Shown here: positions 61,476 to 64,000 of the stretch, piece by piece
How positions within the stretch are numbered: position 1 is the stretch's first letter
Layout: every line of letters begins with the position of its first letter
Origin: Nitrosopumilus sp.
GTDB taxonomy: Archaea; Thermoproteota; Nitrososphaeria; Nitrososphaerales; Nitrosopumilaceae
Direction: 5' to 3'
Assembly (NCBI GenBank): GCA_965203315.1
Contig: OZ241857.1
Location: 1,280,001-1,344,000, forward strand
Length of the DNA stretch: 64,000 nucleotides
The notes under the pieces: model-generated
What the model was told of the DNA's origin: nothing
Seen by the model: only the letters and a program-made list of their open reading frames with translations
The model's database searches: none
Made by a program: the position numbers and the translations under genes

Positions 61476-62093
61476 CTAGTCTAATCGCTTTCTCGGTTTT
61501 GTACTTAGATAGAATGCATGACTACTGATTATGAATGTGCATAGAAAGATCTTTGTCGCAAATACTAGATTCCACGGTCGTTCTGGATCTGGATACGCTA
61601 CATACAATCGATCAATATCTGGAACCATTCCATCTATTGTACCAGCCACTATCTGAGCATTTAGAAGTGTAAAGTTGTAGATGACCTCATACAATGTAAT
61701 TATAGAAAAACCCAATAACATGAGTCGAAGTAGGGCCATCCTTGTACCCACTATCTTTTCTCCAGCTGTCCTCTTCCAACCTATCCTTGATACACAGTAC
61801 CATCCAATGATGGTTGAGAAGAATATCCAAGTTGACAGTCTAGCAAAGTTCTCAAATGGGATCTCTGTGTTGTGTATAGCTTCGCCCATGACGTAGATTC
61901 CATTCTCTAACCACTCCTCTGTTGTAATGTATACGCCGTATACAAGTGACGATACCATGATAAACGAACATAGATAAAATATGTACAGGTAGACCTTGTA
62001 CGCTAGATCGGTCTTTTCAAGATGACCTGACTGCATTATACGAGATTGCCAAATCTTGAAATATAAAAATTCATGTATGTGACTTTTGTCCAA
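61476..62093 (-). CDS. 4-TM hypothetical membrane protein (start uncertain)
   Basis: Four hydrophobic segments. Confidence 0.65.
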   Translation of the reverse strand: MDKSHIHEFLYFKIWQSRIMQSGHLEKTDLAYKVYLYIFYLCSFIMVSSLVYGVYITTEEWLENGIYVMGEAIHNTEIPFENFARLSTWIFFSTIIGWYCVSRIGWKRTAGEKIVGTRMALLRLMLLGFSIITLYEVIYNFTLLNAQIVAGTIDGMVPDIDRLYVAYPDPERPWNLVFATKIFLCTFIISSHAFYLSTKPRKRLD

Positions 62094-62123
62094 CGAGCAT
62101 TTTGGTGAATGAATAACTAGGAT

Positions 62124-62240
62124 GGATCTTTTCGGTTTATGTGGGATGAACGTTTACAGAAAAAACACTACAAGATTCTACAAGGGAAAATTGTGGAAAA
62201 AGCCTTACGAAATTCCATACCACATAAATCGAAAAGATCC
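62124..62240. mobile_element. MITE, 117 bp, copy 2, with 8-bp TSD ACTAGGAT
   Basis: TIR GGATCTTTTCGGTTTATGTGG / CCACATAAATCGAAAAGATCC; TSD at 62116-62123 and 62241-62248. Confidence 0.9.
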
Positions 62241-62359
62241 ACTAGGATATGTATAGAAACATCGTTGATCAGAGATGCAATTTTATGCATATTTGTTGTA
62301 GAGTCATACATGATTGATATCTTAGAGAGTTTTATATCTCGATATAGAGTTACAATCTG

Positions 62360-63442
62360 ATGAACATTCCGATCAACATTCCACTGATCAGTAAAGATGA
62401 GATAAGAGCTGTAATGTCTGTCTTGAGAGATGGTACTTTAACATCAGCTGCAAATAGTGGAGGAGAACGTGTAAGGGAATTTGAGGATACAGTATCTTCC
62501 TTTGTAGGATCAAAGTATACCGTTGCTGTAAACTCTGGAACAGCTGCTTTACAAGCAGCATTATATGCTCTTGATATTAAAGCAGGTGATCAAGTGCTAG
62601 TTCCGTCATTTACATTTGTTGCAACAGCAAACGCAGTAATGTCCGTAGGCGCAAAGCCGATATTTGTTGACATACGCAGAGAGAATTATACAATCGACTG
62701 TCAAGATCTGATAAAAAAGATTACCAAAAAGACGCGAGCAATAATCCCTGTACATCTGTACGGTAATATTGCTAATATCGAACAACTAGCAGAAATCTCA
62801 CATGCTCATAACATTCCTATAATCGAAGACGCTGCACAGGCTCTGGGCTCTACATACAAACAGAGACACGCAGGAACATTCTTTGAGATGGGATGCTTTA
62901 GTATGTATCCTGCAAAAGTTATGACTGCGGGTGAAGGAGGCTTTATCACGACAGACAACAAAAGACTCTATCAGAGTCTACGGATGATTCGTAATCATGG
63001 AATGATAAAGGGGTACGACACTAAAGTATTCGGTCTAAATCTAAGACTTGGTGAGATTGGTGCAGCTATAGCCACAGTTCAGATGAAACGTCTCCCAAAG
63101 TTTCTAGTGACACGAAGACGAAATGCCAAATTATTCACAAAACTGCTCTCAGATCTAGACATAACTCTTCCATCACCACGCGAGAACGAAGAACCGAACT
63201 GGTACCTGTACACCATATCATCATCAAAGAGAAACAAGATTCAAAGACACCTAAACAGACTTGGCATTGGCGCAGCACCGTACTATTCTACTCCTGTACA
63301 CAAGACACCATTGTACAGTTCCACTTTGAAACTTGTTGTGACAGATTGGGCAGCAGAACATGTATTGTCACTACCTATTCATCCCAAAGTTACTATACAA
63401 AATGTACAATACATCGCAGATTCTATACATGATGCACTATGA
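62360..63442 (+). CDS. DegT/DnrJ/EryC1/StrS sugar aminotransferase
   Basis: NSGTAAL, PVHLYG, EDAAQ, SMYPAK..GEGG. Confidence 0.93.
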   Translation: MNIPINIPLISKDEIRAVMSVLRDGTLTSAANSGGERVREFEDTVSSFVGSKYTVAVNSGTAALQAALYALDIKAGDQVLVPSFTFVATANAVMSVGAKPIFVDIRRENYTIDCQDLIKKITKKTRAIIPVHLYGNIANIEQLAEISHAHNIPIIEDAAQALGSTYKQRHAGTFFEMGCFSMYPAKVMTAGEGGFITTDNKRLYQSLRMIRNHGMIKGYDTKVFGLNLRLGEIGAAIATVQMKRLPKFLVTRRRNAKLFTKLLSDLDITLPSPRENEEPNWYLYTISSSKRNKIQRHLNRLGIGAAPYYSTPVHKTPLYSSTLKLVVTDWAAEHVLSLPIHPKVTIQNVQYIADSIHDAL

Positions 63443-63915
63443 ATCTCTTGGGCGAGACCATGGGTCATATATGTAAACTACTCTTACCAATATCAGAAGA
63501 GTACTATGTGGGAGATCCAAAATCCACCATTGCGGTATGTACTCTAGCTAGTATCGATCTACTACGTCGATTCAAAGACTCTGATATCATCGATCGAGTT
63601 CATGTTGCAGGTAGACTCTTGTCAGAGAACAAGGGTATCGATAGAATACTCAACTTTGTATACGATACACCACAGATCCAGACGCTTGTAGTATGTGGTA
63701 GTGAGGTTTGGGGTCATCGAGCAGGACACTCTCTATTTGCATTATATCACAATGGAGTCGATACAAATAATCGAATCATTGGGTCTTGTAGCCCAGATCC
63801 ATATCTGACTGTATTGCACAGTCATGTTGCATACTTTCAAACCAGAATACATCTCATAAACATGATACACGAGACAAACTTTGAGTTGATATGCGACAAG
63901 ATCAAGAATCTCTAA
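63439..63915 (+). CDS. mtrA: Stand-alone MtrA-like corrinoid protein
   Basis: VGDP.S.IAVCTL.S, ENKGI, VCGSEV.GH.AG. Confidence 0.82.
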   Translation: MNLLGETMGHICKLLLPISEEYYVGDPKSTIAVCTLASIDLLRRFKDSDIIDRVHVAGRLLSENKGIDRILNFVYDTPQIQTLVVCGSEVWGHRAGHSLFALYHNGVDTNNRIIGSCSPDPYLTVLHSHVAYFQTRIHLINMIHETNFELICDKIKNL

Positions 63916-64000
63916 TAACCAGTCCTCTGTCGCTCTCTGTTTATTTCATTCTTTCGTGTATACTCGTCTACAATATCATCTGGTGATAATCCGAGCTCTA
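63912..64000 (-). CDS. C-terminus of a probable dimeric dUTPase (partial, runs off the window)
   Basis: ...ELGLSPDDIVDEYTRKNEINRERQRTGY* fits KNxxNxxRQxxGY. Confidence 0.7.
   Translation of the reverse strand, partial: ELGLSPDDIVDEYTRKNEINRERQRTGY

Noticed and set aside
395-62360. Many 60-240 aa ORFs antisense to or overlapping well-supported genes (e.g. 5456-5983, 7483-8025, 24112-24837, 57390-57785)
   Set aside because: Shadow frames of real genes with no recognisable motifs
62139-62360. 73-aa ORF upstream of the DegT gene
   Set aside because: Starts inside the MITE; no protein features

Overview
Chromosomal segment of an AT-rich ammonia-oxidising archaeon (Nitrososphaerota, Nitrosopumilaceae-like). 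The IS load and the S8 protease plus serpin cargo resemble host-associated (e.g. sponge symbiont) lineages; this is inference. The window contains the likely replication origin (cdc6/orc1, four ORB boxes and an AT-rich DUE at about 2.87-3.33 kb) among core genes: PolD DP1/DP2, GGGP synthase, glyA, thermosome, two glnA, GINS, cca, thpR, rnz, prs, rpoL, tfs, PCNA, lysC, cbiH/cobJ, tyrS and tRNA-Pro(GGG). Three accessory inserts interrupt them. (1) 10.8-15.5 kb: IS remnant, secreted trypsin-like protease, two unannotated Cys-terminated membrane micro-peptides and a rearranged IS481 pair. (2) 26.1-28.2 kb: a 684-aa orphan with two PH-like segments. (3) 45.3-55.7 kb: nested IS481/MITE/IS1595 elements and a giant subtilase-serpin pair. 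The top observation is that one IS481 subfamily carries a near-perfect copy of the host origin recognition box in its left end, in both copies. Second, the origin is flanked by dense fields of short motifs (GTTAAC and ATCAC) next to uncharacterised winged-helix genes, one of them membrane-anchored, suggesting an origin-tethering or segregation module. All calls come from reading motifs by eye; no database searches were run.
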